Source: Phoronis australis (lineage: Eukaryota > Animalia > Phoronida). Taken from it: a stretch of DNA of 64,000 bases. The DNA is taken from positions 22,042 through 86,041 of the forward strand of contig NMRA01000153.1 in the NCBI GenBank assembly GCA_002633005.1, read 5' to 3'. The number at the start of each line of letters is the position of its first letter. The stretch's first letter is position 1. Shown piece after piece: positions 13,001 through 24,700 of the stretch. A program made the translations under genes and the position numbers. The notes under the pieces are model-generated. The model saw only the letters and a list, made by a program, of their open reading frames with translations. It searched no databases and was not told the DNA's origin.

Positions 13001-16000
13001 ACCAAATTTCGCACTTACCTGAGGATTGTCAGATTAATGACGATTACTCGGCATAACTGAAAAGAAGTAGGTCACTAGACCACATGTTAGGACATTAAAA
13101 TATATTAACATCGAATATGTCCCTTATTTTTGTTGCCAAAAATACCTTGCAACTTTCGTCAACCTTCAAAGATTGCATGAGTTAAAACTGTTTAATCGGC
13201 AAGCGCGTCTACTTCGTGACACAGTGAAATTTAAAAAAAAACATCACTTGTATCTCTCAGAGAAAGTATGAATCGTGCAAATAGTGTGTGGATACATTTT
13301 AGTTGTACCCCTCAAAAGAGGGATTGCTCTTAATGGTGTCTCAGTGCTTTAAAATGACCAATTAGTACATGGTTTTATAAATCAAAGTTTGTAAGGAAGA
13401 ACAATACACAGTTTCTGAAGTCTAGTTATTCACTAGCCTTCCAACACAAAAATTAACTTTTGATTTAAACCACGTAACCTTATGAAATTGATATCAAAAG
13501 ATTGGGAAAAAATGAAAGTTCGTTATTTCTTGTGACTAAGGTTTACCAAATGTCTCGTCACGGGGGGGATTCTGTGCACTGAGCATAGTGTGAAGCAATC
13601 TGTGCACTGAGCATAGTGTGAAGCAATCTGTGCACTGAGCATAGTGTGAAGCAATCTGTGCACTGAGCATAGTGTGAAGCAATCTGTGCACTGAGCATAG
13701 TGTGAAGCAATCTGTGCACTGAGCATAGTGTGAAGCAATAAAGCACAGTCAGTTTTTTCAAGACCAAAGTCAAACAATACCATAGTTTGACTGGTGACCT
13801 ATATTAGGTACAAGTTGGGATCAATTTAATATATGGAAGTGTTCTAAATCTAAAGTTACAGTTTCTTTTATGCAAGTTTGTGGGCTCTGTAAGTTCAGCC
13901 CTGGTGAGGCTGTCATGGTGTTTCCTATCTTGCAAAGTTTATGTTTGGCAAACATAAACAAAACATTTTAAAAATGTTCCATCCGTTTTACTCGCTCTCG
14001 TTTATATTTTTAAGATTTTTACTTGTTATACCTTTATCCATCGGTACAAGTCGAACTCAAGTACAGGACAGGTGATGAGGACGCAGGTAAGCTGATTGGT
14101 TAAGTCGCACTTGCCATAGCAACATTACAGGGAAGGACAATATTAAATACATGTAGACCTTCAAAAGTATCAGAAGAAACGTAATGGATCAGTGACGTAA
14201 ACTCTTTATTTACGTTTCGGATCACTGATCTTAGTGTACTCTTCAATTTCGTGATCCTGCACCTCGGTTTAGGTAACAAACTAGTACCTAATGAGGCAGT
14301 TAAAGAAAATCCAGTCAATTTAGTAGGGAAGGGGTCAATAAATTGTGCAAAATTGAGCTGTCAAAATTCACTACTTTTCTATCTGCTATTGTTTAGAATG
14401 GAATTGCATCTCAGACGAGCTCATCAACGTAATGGTGTTTCCTTTGGGTTTACGCAACAAACTGATAACCAATGAGACATCCAAGGAAAAGTGCAGTAGA
14501 CTGAAAAGCAAGCTCAATAATGGCAAGTTATTCATTTTCGCACATCAAAAAGTTTCGAGGCGGGACTATCTAAAATCGGCGTCGACGTACCACGAGCTGT
14601 TTTTTGGAGATCACTCCGACTTAACAGACGTAAGTTAGATATATCGGTATTTGAATACTGAAAAGATCTTTAATCACGATAGTAGAAAATATTTTTAAAC
14701 CATCAACATTTATAAAAACGGTTTATATATTCGTGTGGAGCAAAACTTATTAGGAGATTACTTGAGGAGTTGAACCCTATTTCACCAAGAGCAGTACGAA
14801 GTGCCTTAATAGAATGATTTGTCGCATTGTCACAACGACTATTTCAATAAACGTTTTGTTCATTTAAGAGTGCACCGGCGCATTTAGCGCTTGAACAAAA
14901 GTAATCTTTTGAAAAAAAAACCCATTCTTTCGAATATAAACGTATGGTCCTAAATCTGAGCGTCTGTGATACACGCTATGTACTTCCTTGTATGCTTCCC
15001 TACTGTTGACTGTTGTTTTCAGGCTGAATCAGTTTATCACGTAGAGGCTACTGAAGTAATTTTAAAGACGAAAGAAGGCTGTCTGAGTCTGGACGGAGAA
15101 GCCTACATGATTAGCGAGCCTATGGATTTACACATTAGGTAGGTGAATGATTGACCGAGCTGACTCACTATGCAAGACGTTTTACAATTAGCGAATGAAA
15201 CCATGATAACATTTTGTTTTGGTATCATCCACCATGTTTATTGAAATTATGTCTTGTCGCCAATATCCGACATGCCGACTGGAAAGGGGTTTTGGAGGAA
15301 TTTCTGTTTTGCGAAGTACAACCATGTTATTTAACCGTTCTCATTTCGTCTCATTATCGCTTATAGCATCTAACAACGTCATATTAGACGAATTGTGAAA
15401 TAGACTAAGTCATATTTCTAACCAATGCTATATAAAGATGACATTGAATGTTCACCAAGCAATCTGAAATATAATCCAAACATTTACTGGGTAATAGGAT
15501 ACTAAACCCTGTTTTGATGATTTCTACCAATCCTTGTCCTGTCACCTTCTAATGTATAATTGTCGACAATCTTGAAAAATAAAGGCAGGAACCAACTAAA
15601 AACTCAAACTCCCTATGTCGCAAATTGGATATTGTGTTTTTTGGTGGCCTGGGGAAGTCTTTCCCCACCAGTTGCCGTGTAATTCGTTAAAATCGTAGGT
15701 CACGCTTACCTAGAGTTTCAAATTTCTCCTCAAACTTTTGAGAGTTGTAGAGGGTTACAGCCCAACATTATGTTTCAAAGAACTGGGTGGGAATGTAGTT
15801 TAAGCATTTGTTAGCGGCTTAGTATCCCGGCTATCATCGAAGAGAAAATCCCCCACCACCATTCGTCACCAGATCTGCCCATCATGGATTCATATCAAAA
15901 GAACACAAACAATTGTTTGATTTGTGCGAATTTTCAGACCTATAATGTTACGTAGCTCAGTTCAACCGGTTAGTAAATGTTGTCATTAATTGATACGTAA

Positions 16001-16117
16001 AGGTATCGGAAACTGCTCTTCTGGTTCAAGTGTGACCTGTACGCCTATTTTCCTTCCAGATTACACCAAGCTAACTTGCGCCTATTTGCAAGGGGAGTAG
16101 AAGAGCCGGTGGTATAA
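7007..16117 (+). CDS. CERK: Ceramide kinase-like protein (PH domain + DAGK-family lipid kinase domain), 11 coding exons, about 452 aa
   Basis: Exons 7007-7127, 8721-8900, 9579-9707, 11192-11258, 11455-11600, 11885-11962, 12280-12438, 14015-14086, 14397-14629, 15023-15138, 16060-16117. All introns are GT-AG with matching phases, and the total of 1359 nt ends in TAA. Motifs: PH-like FSVHVIDR..FSCNNDEEAEDWVKCI, RPKRLLVFVNPNGG, VVAVGGDGT, LGLIPSGSTD, TAALHIIIGD, LDGE, and C-terminal LRLFARGVEE typical of CERK. The exon 8 acceptor and the start ATG are the least certain parts; this may be a paralogue rather than the orthologue. Confidence 0.85.
7587..7863. mobile_element. MITE with CATAGGCGGAT...ATCCGCCACTG ends
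   Basis: Terminal inverted repeats are present, and the 3' half matches about 50710-50819. Confidence 0.6.
7890..7960 (-). mobile_element. tRNA-derived SINE head relic
   Basis: The minus strand shows A-box TAGCTCAGTCAG and B-box GGTTCGATTC at tRNA spacing, without a clean cloverleaf. Confidence 0.5.
8100..8318 (-). mobile_element. Helentron-associated (HINE/DINE-1-like) element fragment
   Basis: The terminus AACAAGAGCAACG..GTTGAAATGC on the minus strand matches 43658-43690. Confidence 0.5.
9744..9895. repeat. 37-bp minisatellite, 4 copies
   Basis: Unit CAACCTGGAATGTTGATAGGTCTACTGTAGAAGAGAA, starting about 35 nt after the exon 3 donor. Confidence 0.95.
11338..11405. repeat. Compound trinucleotide microsatellite (GCT/GGT/GAT)
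   Basis: Read directly from the sequence. Confidence 0.8.
13571..13738. repeat. 28-bp minisatellite, 6 perfect copies
   Basis: Unit TCTGTGCACTGAGCATAGTGTGAAGCAA. Confidence 0.97.
15560..15815 (+). repeat. Dispersed repeat related to about 4235-4480 and its duplicate
   Basis: Shared segments ATAAA(A/G)GCAGG.ACCA.CTAAAAACT, CCCCAC.AGTTGCC, GTAGGTCAC and AAACTTTT..GAGGGTTA. Confidence 0.55.
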
Positions 16118-16552
16118 CTTAGACAGAGGGCGAGGACAATCAGACTTCAGAGCCGGTGGTGTAACACCGACAGAGGGCGAGGACAATCAGACTTCACACC
16201 ACCAATACTAAGTCTTATTTATCCAAGGTGAAAATCAAACATAGATGGGATCGTCAGCAATTTGATACATGCCAGTTCTTATCTAATTATTTTATTTTAT
16301 TTACAAATTAATTTACAAATTAAAATTTGGTAAAAAGATATTAAATAACGTTTTTACATATTACCAGACAATACCGCTTGACCAATTTAAATTTGTATAT
16401 GCTCTGCAACCTTTGTCTCACTATCCTCAACTTTGATGGAAGTTTAAAAATTCCTTGCCACACGCCTGCCACTTACGGAAGCTTGACTTGTCCTTCCAAG
16501 CCTGCGCGAGTAGTCACATGCGATGGATTCTGTTGCAGCAAGGAGAGTAGTA

Positions 16553-16723
16553 CAGGAGCGGATCCAGGATTTTTAGTTGGGGGGGGGGGCAGGGCAGAGT
16601 ATTAGCCACGATTTTGCTGGTCAGACATTCACACTCCCCAACTGCCAAATGGAAAATGCATTCATGGAGTTTTAGGGGGGGGGGGCATGGCCCCCATGCC
16701 CCCCCTCTCTAAATCCGCCACTG
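16553..16723. mobile_element. MITE with CAGGAGCGGAT...ATCCGCCACTG ends
   Basis: Terminal inverted repeats flanked by TA; the 5' half matches about 51015-51090. Confidence 0.6.
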
Positions 16724-18795
16724 TACACTCCTTGGTTGAAGTTTCTATCTTTGAGGCGAGTAATATCACTCTGGCCAGTGAAATTACCAAAACAGGTTAA
16801 GTAACATATAATAAATTTCCAGTGCATATGATTGGAGAAAAAGCGCCACACTCGGCTACACTTTCACAGCGCTACTTTTCAATATAGGTGTCCCTATGAC
16901 AGAGGGTATCTAGCAGCGAGAAATCACAATCACGTGTTCTCATACGGCGATATCTTACAGGACTTGGAGGGGAACATTTTACAGGTGATGCACCCTTCCA
17001 ATAATAAATAGACTTGTGTGACAATATTTTTTTAAATTGAAATAAACGTTTTTGCATGAATAAAGTCAAAATAGTGGTAAAAAGAGATGAAGAAAGAGGA
17101 AACTGGAAATCAAATAAAAGGAAATCAAAACCAAAAAAGATGAAAATTACAAGTCCTGATCTTAGTGAGGTACTAGCATTATTGAACTGACCAGGGCTGC
17201 AGGGCATAATACAAGGCCGATAGTATAGCACCTGATAAACCAGCATGGGGTCTAACAAACCTCCCACTGGTTGGCACCATGACCTCAAGAGGTCATTCCA
17301 CCTTGCTATTTGGACCAGTATTTGGCAGTACTGGCTGTAATGAAAAGGCTCACCACTGTAGTCACCTCTTGCTTCATAGTCAACGGAGGTATCACTTAAC
17401 TTCAACACAAACTCTTCTTCAGACAGAAAGCTCATGAGGCATAGGAAATATATTATTTCTTTATTTAAACCAGAACTATGACACAGAGACCCAGTTACAA
17501 TAGATTTAATCACCAACAAGACAAAATATATTACACCCTTCAACAATACAACAAAGCTTGAATTCAAATTGTCACTTTATAGACTACTCTTGTTGCACCC
17601 TGGCGACAGAGATGTAACTAACAAAGTAATAATAAATTTCTCAACAGCTTCAAACATTCCCATAGTACATGTTGCATCTCCCCAATTAGACCAATTCAAC
17701 CCAAAACACGTTATTGTATTAACAATTAAAGAGCATTTCACCCACTTTAGCCAACTAAAAATTGAAGTAGGCCTTCCATCTTCATAAAATCAGTCTCCTA
17801 ATATTCCTTATTGCGATAGCATTACATTTCGTCTACCAACTCAAGCCAAAGACAATGCATGCACGCGCTATTTTTGAATTTATAATTTAAGGTTAGCCAA
17901 CCCCACTAAATTCAAGCGTCTTCTCAAGCTACTTACAGCTTTGACAACCTTGTTGGTAATAGAAATAGAACCCTATCACAGTATGGAATATTACAAGACC
18001 AAATTTGAGAGAGAAAACAGCAATTCAATTTGAGAGAGAAAAAGACCTAATTCAATTTGGAGAGAGAATAAGACCCATTCAATTTGAGAGAGAAAAAGGC
18101 CCTATTCAATTTTTGTTTTCAGTCAGCTAAACAGGGCAAAAGGCAGCTTCAACATTTCACTTCATTGTAAAAATTTAATGTGTTCTGACATGGACACTTT
18201 TATACAAAAATAGGAGCACAATTTTCATAGTAGCACAAAAAGGCAGTCATTAATAATAGATTAGCACAGGCATCTTATAACAATTAAAGGACAGTTGAAC
18301 TAAATCAGCTCCCTGTTACAGAACCGGAATAGCAAAGCTCTTTCACGATGATAATAACAAATCAACCAAGGTGGTATGGTAAAACCTCACAAATTTAGGA
18401 CAAAATATGGCCAACAAGTCAATTGTGTTGTGTTCTTCATTTTTTCCACAAAAGATATATAGTACCAACATAATGCCTCAGCATGTTAAAATTATGGACA
18501 ACAGCAACCATCAGACAATATTTTGGGCATTCATAATGAAGTGAGAAATCTTCAAAAGATGAAAAAGCTGAATTTTGGTGGTTATTTTTGTCCGAAATTG
18601 GCGAGACTCTACCACATTCGTGTAGTTGCCCAACTATCACAGCCACAGGTATGACATGATACTCAATGAAAAAGTCCTTCAAACTGATATTCAGTGAGAT
18701 AACAAATGAACCAAAAATTACAGCACAAATCTTTAATTACAAAACAACGATTTTAGCTGCTACTTAGTTACACAACAATTTTAACAAGATGTGTT

Positions 18796-21700
18796 TTAAT
18801 AATCGTACAACAAACTCATGGCCTCAGCAGAACGCATCCTCACTTCTGTAGACGGGTCCTTCAGTAGAATTATCAGAGCTGAAAAAACAGGCAAAAGGCA
18901 TTTCAGACATTCATAAAAAGACGAAAACATAGTTCATAGTGATGCAAGTAGCTTGATGACAAAAGCAAAGCAATATGTTGAAATAAATATTTTTGCATGA
19001 ATAACGTCAAAATAATGATGAAAAAGGACCAAAAAGAGCAAACTCGAAGTCAGATAAGAGGAAATCGAAACCAAAAAGAGGAGACCCTCTTAAATGAGGA
19101 AAGTTGCAAGCCCTTATATATACCCACTATGGTACATTACACTACAAAACTAATTAGTTTGCTCCACATCTAAGCTGGGAACTAAAAACAATAAGAATAG
19201 TTATGCAATCATCTTACACGCTGTATTCATTCACAACTGACTCAAGTAAAAGCATTGAGCCATATTAACAGATGTCTAGCTCCGTGCATTTCTTATTGTC
19301 AAGCAATCATATTAGAAACCGGGAAACGGACTATTTGAACGGTAATGATTGCCAATATTTTCACGTTTCTGTTTCCCAGGTTTAAAGTGGGATGAAAATG
19401 ACTTGGGTTTTACTACATATTGTTTGATTTCAGTTGCACAAGAAAAACTACTGTCCCAACAATGTAGAAAAAAATCTGCGTACATATTTTCATGCAAAAT
19501 TTAATAAAATTAATTATTTTCCACTTGTCCACCACATCCAAAGACATGAAAATTAATTAGCCCATTTAAAACTGTTCCTGCAGTGGTGGATCTAGGATAT
19601 CATAAAGGAGGTTCCAACATTTTGTCTTGGGCGACCGACCGCGCAAAGCACGCAACCAGCCTAAAATATGCGGGGCTTGAATTTCTGTGGATGTGGACCT
19701 ATTACTAAATTATGAACCTAGGACTAAAAAAATATAAAAAATGAAAGAAAAAACGCGCCTGTGGTCTGAATCGGACGCTTGCAATAGGGTCTGAGCCCAC
19801 ACACAGAGAGGTAATTATTAAATAAATTCTATATTTCCTCACGTTCTGGATGTTTTCTTTTTTTGGCGGCAGCCAAGGGTGGGGGGGGGGGGCGGGCTCG
19901 CTGGGCCCCCCAAAATCTGCCTATGTCCTAAACCATGTATAATATTTGATAGAGACAACATGCAACATGGCAACCTCTTCATCACAAATTAACCTGCAGT
20001 TTTCGTATTCTCATATCACTCTAAAAAGACCAGCCAGACTTCGTGAACAAAATGCATTAAGTAAGTCAAAGCAACAATTTAGTAATAGATTGCAATGCAC
20101 ACTTGAGGCAAGTGTGATACTTCCACAAATGTGGTATTACCTTGGCACACATGCTCCTTGCTAATGATATTATGTCTGATAGAGGGAAGATTGCCCATAA
20201 GAAAGCCCACGTTGACTGCAGCGTTACACTTAATCTCACTCCAGTTGCTGCGGAAGAACTGCACATTGCCCATCACGTAGAAGTTGACTTTGTCAAGGAA
20301 ATCATTGATCTGCAACAAAAATCAATGAGAGCGAGTCACAATATGTCACTCAGAAATGATGATAAAAAGACAGTAGGTGAGCACTTGTTACTACACTATA
20401 AAAACTGTAATGCCCTTTTAAGAGTTTTTTTTCTGGGTAGACAATGGTTACAGAACCAACAGCATTGTGAATTAAGTCAAAGGAAGAAACACTTGTAACC
20501 AACAATATAAACATAAAGAGTTTGAAAATGCTGTGTGCTGCAAAGAGTAAATGGTTAGTATCGTTAATTTGATATAATCACAATGGAGATGCAACAATAC
20601 ATTCTTTCCCAACTCTGTTACTCTGGAGTAGAGTTCTTTCTTTTGTTTCACTTAATTTTTTCGTTTGTCGCTTTTAGTTTGAAAACAACTGTAAAGAATA
20701 CTATGTGACATGTAGCATAACACTCAAGCGACATCTATAGAGTCAACATTACAGTGATATCAATGTGTCAGTTTACCTACACCATCACAAATGATTTCAC
20801 ACATTCACTGGGATGTGAAGTTCCTTAATTAAAAGTGCTAATTGAAACAACTTCTCCATCACATCGTTGCAATACAAAGTTTACCACTCAATATATTAAC
20901 TGCTTGAAACTTCTCCATCACATTGGTGCAGTACAAAAGTTTACCACTCAACATATAACTGTCTTGAAGAATACTTACTATAACTTTAGCCAAGTCATTG
21001 ATGAATTCTCCGTAGTGTAGATTAGCATCCTCTGGCAGATGTTTTTGAAACATATCGTTCATTGACTTTGAACCAATGAGTGGACCAATCTGGCGCAAAG
21101 CAAACTTACAGGCCTGAAATTGTTTTATGGTTTGGGTTAAAGGCGCAATGATAACATTTTGCTGATGACTGAAGATATTAATTACAGACAAAATAGTATC
21201 ATTAGGATAATTAAACTGTTCTCTAGACATCAGGTCAATATTACCATTACCACAATTCCAAAAATGAAGAAAGGGACAGGTACATTGGTAATAAGTAGAA
21301 TCTATTTCAACACAGGCCATTACATTATTCAGGTATTTTATGGCTAGTGTTTTAAGTGCACTCACAAAACTACTACTACGCTGAACTTGTCACATCAAAA
21401 ATACTAGCCCTTTGTTTACACAGATAAAGTGATGAAGACACCAGCAACAACGGTCGTCAAACAGTTGTGAGATAATCTTTTTTTGGAAAACAGTGAAGAT
21501 AATAATAAAATAGAGTTGCTGATCTATCCAGAAAAGTAATGATAACAAAAATGAAGACCCTTCATGGGGACGCCATCTACAAAGCGATAAAATAGACTAT
21601 CACCATGACTGCAAGGATTTTACCTTTCTGACTTCAGGCTCAGGATCATTCAAGTGCAGCAACAAACTGACAAAGTTGGCATGAACTTGTTCCAGAAATG

Positions 21701-24700
21701 GATCCTTTGATGGCCCATCACCAAACTTGGACAGGTTACCAAACAGAGTGAAGGCAGCTGCTCTCACTGCAGCTTTGTCCTGAAATGATTAATATCAACT
21801 GTATGAATTCAGTTTGTTGGACCAGATTGAGTCAAGATACACAAACTGTACACATTTAAAGGAATATCTTTGCCATCATAAAAGATGTGATGAAGGGAAA
21901 GCACTTAAGTCGGAAAAAATGGCAGTAACGTTCTTTTCCTCTAAGCCACTGTGGATTTTACAATATTGGTGCTACATGAGAATAGGATTTCCTTCTTCCA
22001 AGAAGTTGGTGCTTGAGAACAATAATTCAAACACCAACCTTCTCACAGGACTAATTTCATTTTGAAAAAGTTTTAAACGTATTACTATGACATGGCTCTT
22101 CAAAATATTAGAAAATCGTATCCTAAACAGACACCAACCTTCTCAAAACAAGGACGTATTTTCAGAGCAATATTGATCAGTATTGCTCTGATATGGCTCT
22201 CATCAATATTGATGAGTATTTTGGACAACCCTTCCATTGACTCAAGAGTGATGTCATCGTCCAAGTCATCTCGATCGTCCATACCTGCCATCATGGCCGA
22301 CAGAACAGTAGTTGAAAACTTTTGAACCTGCAATAATCACCATGGAAAAGTGAAAGATTGAAAAACAAAAATATAAGCAGATAAACCATTTCAAACACAA
22401 GACCATGAAACAATATGCATGTACACTGAAGTGCCAAAGCATTACTTAACCTCTTTAATCAACATTCTGCTTTTCAATACAATTAAAAAATACCTTGTCA
22501 ATATGCTGTTCTTAAAATAAACAGTATGGAGGTACTTTGAAAGAATAATTTTATATTAATTGGAAATCTCTCTTCAGTTTCGAACAATAATAATAGCCAA
22601 AATAGCCTTTTAATTTTTCATTTTTCAAAAGCTGGTTACATTTTTAGTAATGCTCAAAGTTTTAAGATTCATAATTGTTCAGTACAAATCATGCCAATGA
22701 TTTATTTTTATTGAGAAATTCGACAAAATAAAATGCCACATGAAAGCCATAAAGTGTACTAAACTGAAGCGTTTATTGTAAATTGCATCTGAATGGATAA
22801 AAAAATTGACTAATGTTAAGTGCTCAGACAAAAAAACTCATGGTTGAACATAAATAATTGTTTGGCTATGTCAACAAAAACATAAATTTTAGCAAGAGAT
22901 CCCAAACCTGTTATGAGGCCAATCAATCAAATTGCACAATCCTTCCTTCAAATTATATCACATTGTGTAACATTGTTACGTGAAAACAGATATATTAGAT
23001 CTACTTTTGAGACAAACACATCCTTCCCCCATCATCTCACCATCCCACCACCCTGCGTCATGCTTGCACTACTACACCAGTTTCACTCACTTGAGCTGTT
23101 CCAACATGGGCAATGTTACCCATCCCACGAATACACAACATCCTCACAGAACTGGACTGGTCGACCAACCTTCCCAGCAGGCTGTTCACCAGAAGTTCAA
23201 CCAGGGTCAGGTCACCCGCACATTTCTGCTTCACAAGCTGCACCGCGCAGTAAAAAAAACAAAAGGGTTATATTACAAAAGTATCAATTCTAGCCTCAAT
23301 GACATCATGACTAACAAATTTGGATGAATCATGACGTGACGTAATACGAAGCTCAAGAATGTAAGATTATAAAACTGCTACACTACTACATACACACGCA
23401 TAGAATCAAAGAATGTGTGGCATGGGATTCTGCCAAATTCTTTTGTCAAACATCATCTGTTCAGTTAAAAGTGCCTAATAAAACATACATGCAGATATTA
23501 ACTTATTAACTGTTTTTTGGAGCCTATCAACATGTCGCAACCTATCTTCCAAATAGATTCAGGTGCTCTAAAGTCTATTACTCAAGTTCGTACAATCTGT
23601 TTATGAAAACCTCCCATGAATTGTGATATATGATTGTACTATGGTCATAGCTGCAGAGCATTTAAAAATTCACGATACATGTGAATTCATTAATGCACTG
23701 TTGTAATTATGGTTATTATCATTATCATTACAATTACATGACGTAAGATTTAATATAACTATTACAAGGTCATTCCAGGTGTTTTTGACTCACCTCAGAG
23801 AAGAAGGCTGCCACAGCCACTCTCTGTACATCGTACAGTGAAGATATAGATGGGCTTAATACAGCTACCACCTTGGACACTTGCTCTGGCTTGCTGGTAA
23901 CCAGAGCTCTGTGGATACACCAATCACAGGGTAAATATGTCACAACAATAATGCACAAAGAATGGTAAAATCATTCATGACAAAACCAGTACTAGCTCCA
24001 GTTAGCCACGAGGAACTAGTGATAAACAACTGGTCGTCTAGTCACAATGACTCTTGTTGCAGCTGGCTGTGTCAGCTGGACCTACATGACAGAGGTGGTT
24101 CTCAAATGTATTTCTAAGAATAATAAACTAGCAAATCAAAAGGTAACGTAAAAATAAACAAAAATGTAAAGAATATGCATCAGTGTATTGAATAATACAT
24201 ATCTGAGTGTGTGTGTGAGTGAGTGAGTGTGTGTGTGTGTGTGTGTNCTGACCACACTGACACAACATAAAATATATGCAATCCATCACATTAACAATGT
24301 GTTTTTGAATGATTTTTATGGAAACATTGAAGGACATTAACAGCAGCACCACTGAAATATCTGGGCAACCAAGAATACCAGTGAAAATGGAACATGACTC
24401 TTCAACAAAACGGAAAAGCCCAAAGACCGATTCAAGTGACTGTTCACATACACCTACTGAGCTAGTGATGTGAATCCATCCATATACTCTTCATTGTCTT
24501 CAAACTTGGACCAAGAGTTATTTTGGTCCAGATGTTCCAAGATGTCTTCACTCTTAGAGATCTGTAGGAACCCACGCAGACTCTCGATAGATACGCTGCG
24601 AGACAACAATTGAGACATGAAATAACGTGAAGAAAGCTGTACAAACAGTTAAGTCTAACATATTACAACTATATCATGAACTCTAAAACAAAAAATACAT

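Noticed and set aside
13571-13738. 28-37 bp direct repeats as a possible CRISPR array (also 9744-9895)
   Set aside because: The repeats are contiguous with no unique spacers, there are no cas genes, and the context is a eukaryotic intron.
16872-17567. 231-aa ORF on the minus strand
   Set aside because: Low-complexity F/L/S-rich translation with no recognisable domain. It overlaps a dispersed repeat (also at about 18990-19110) and lies in probable 3' UTR or intergenic sequence.
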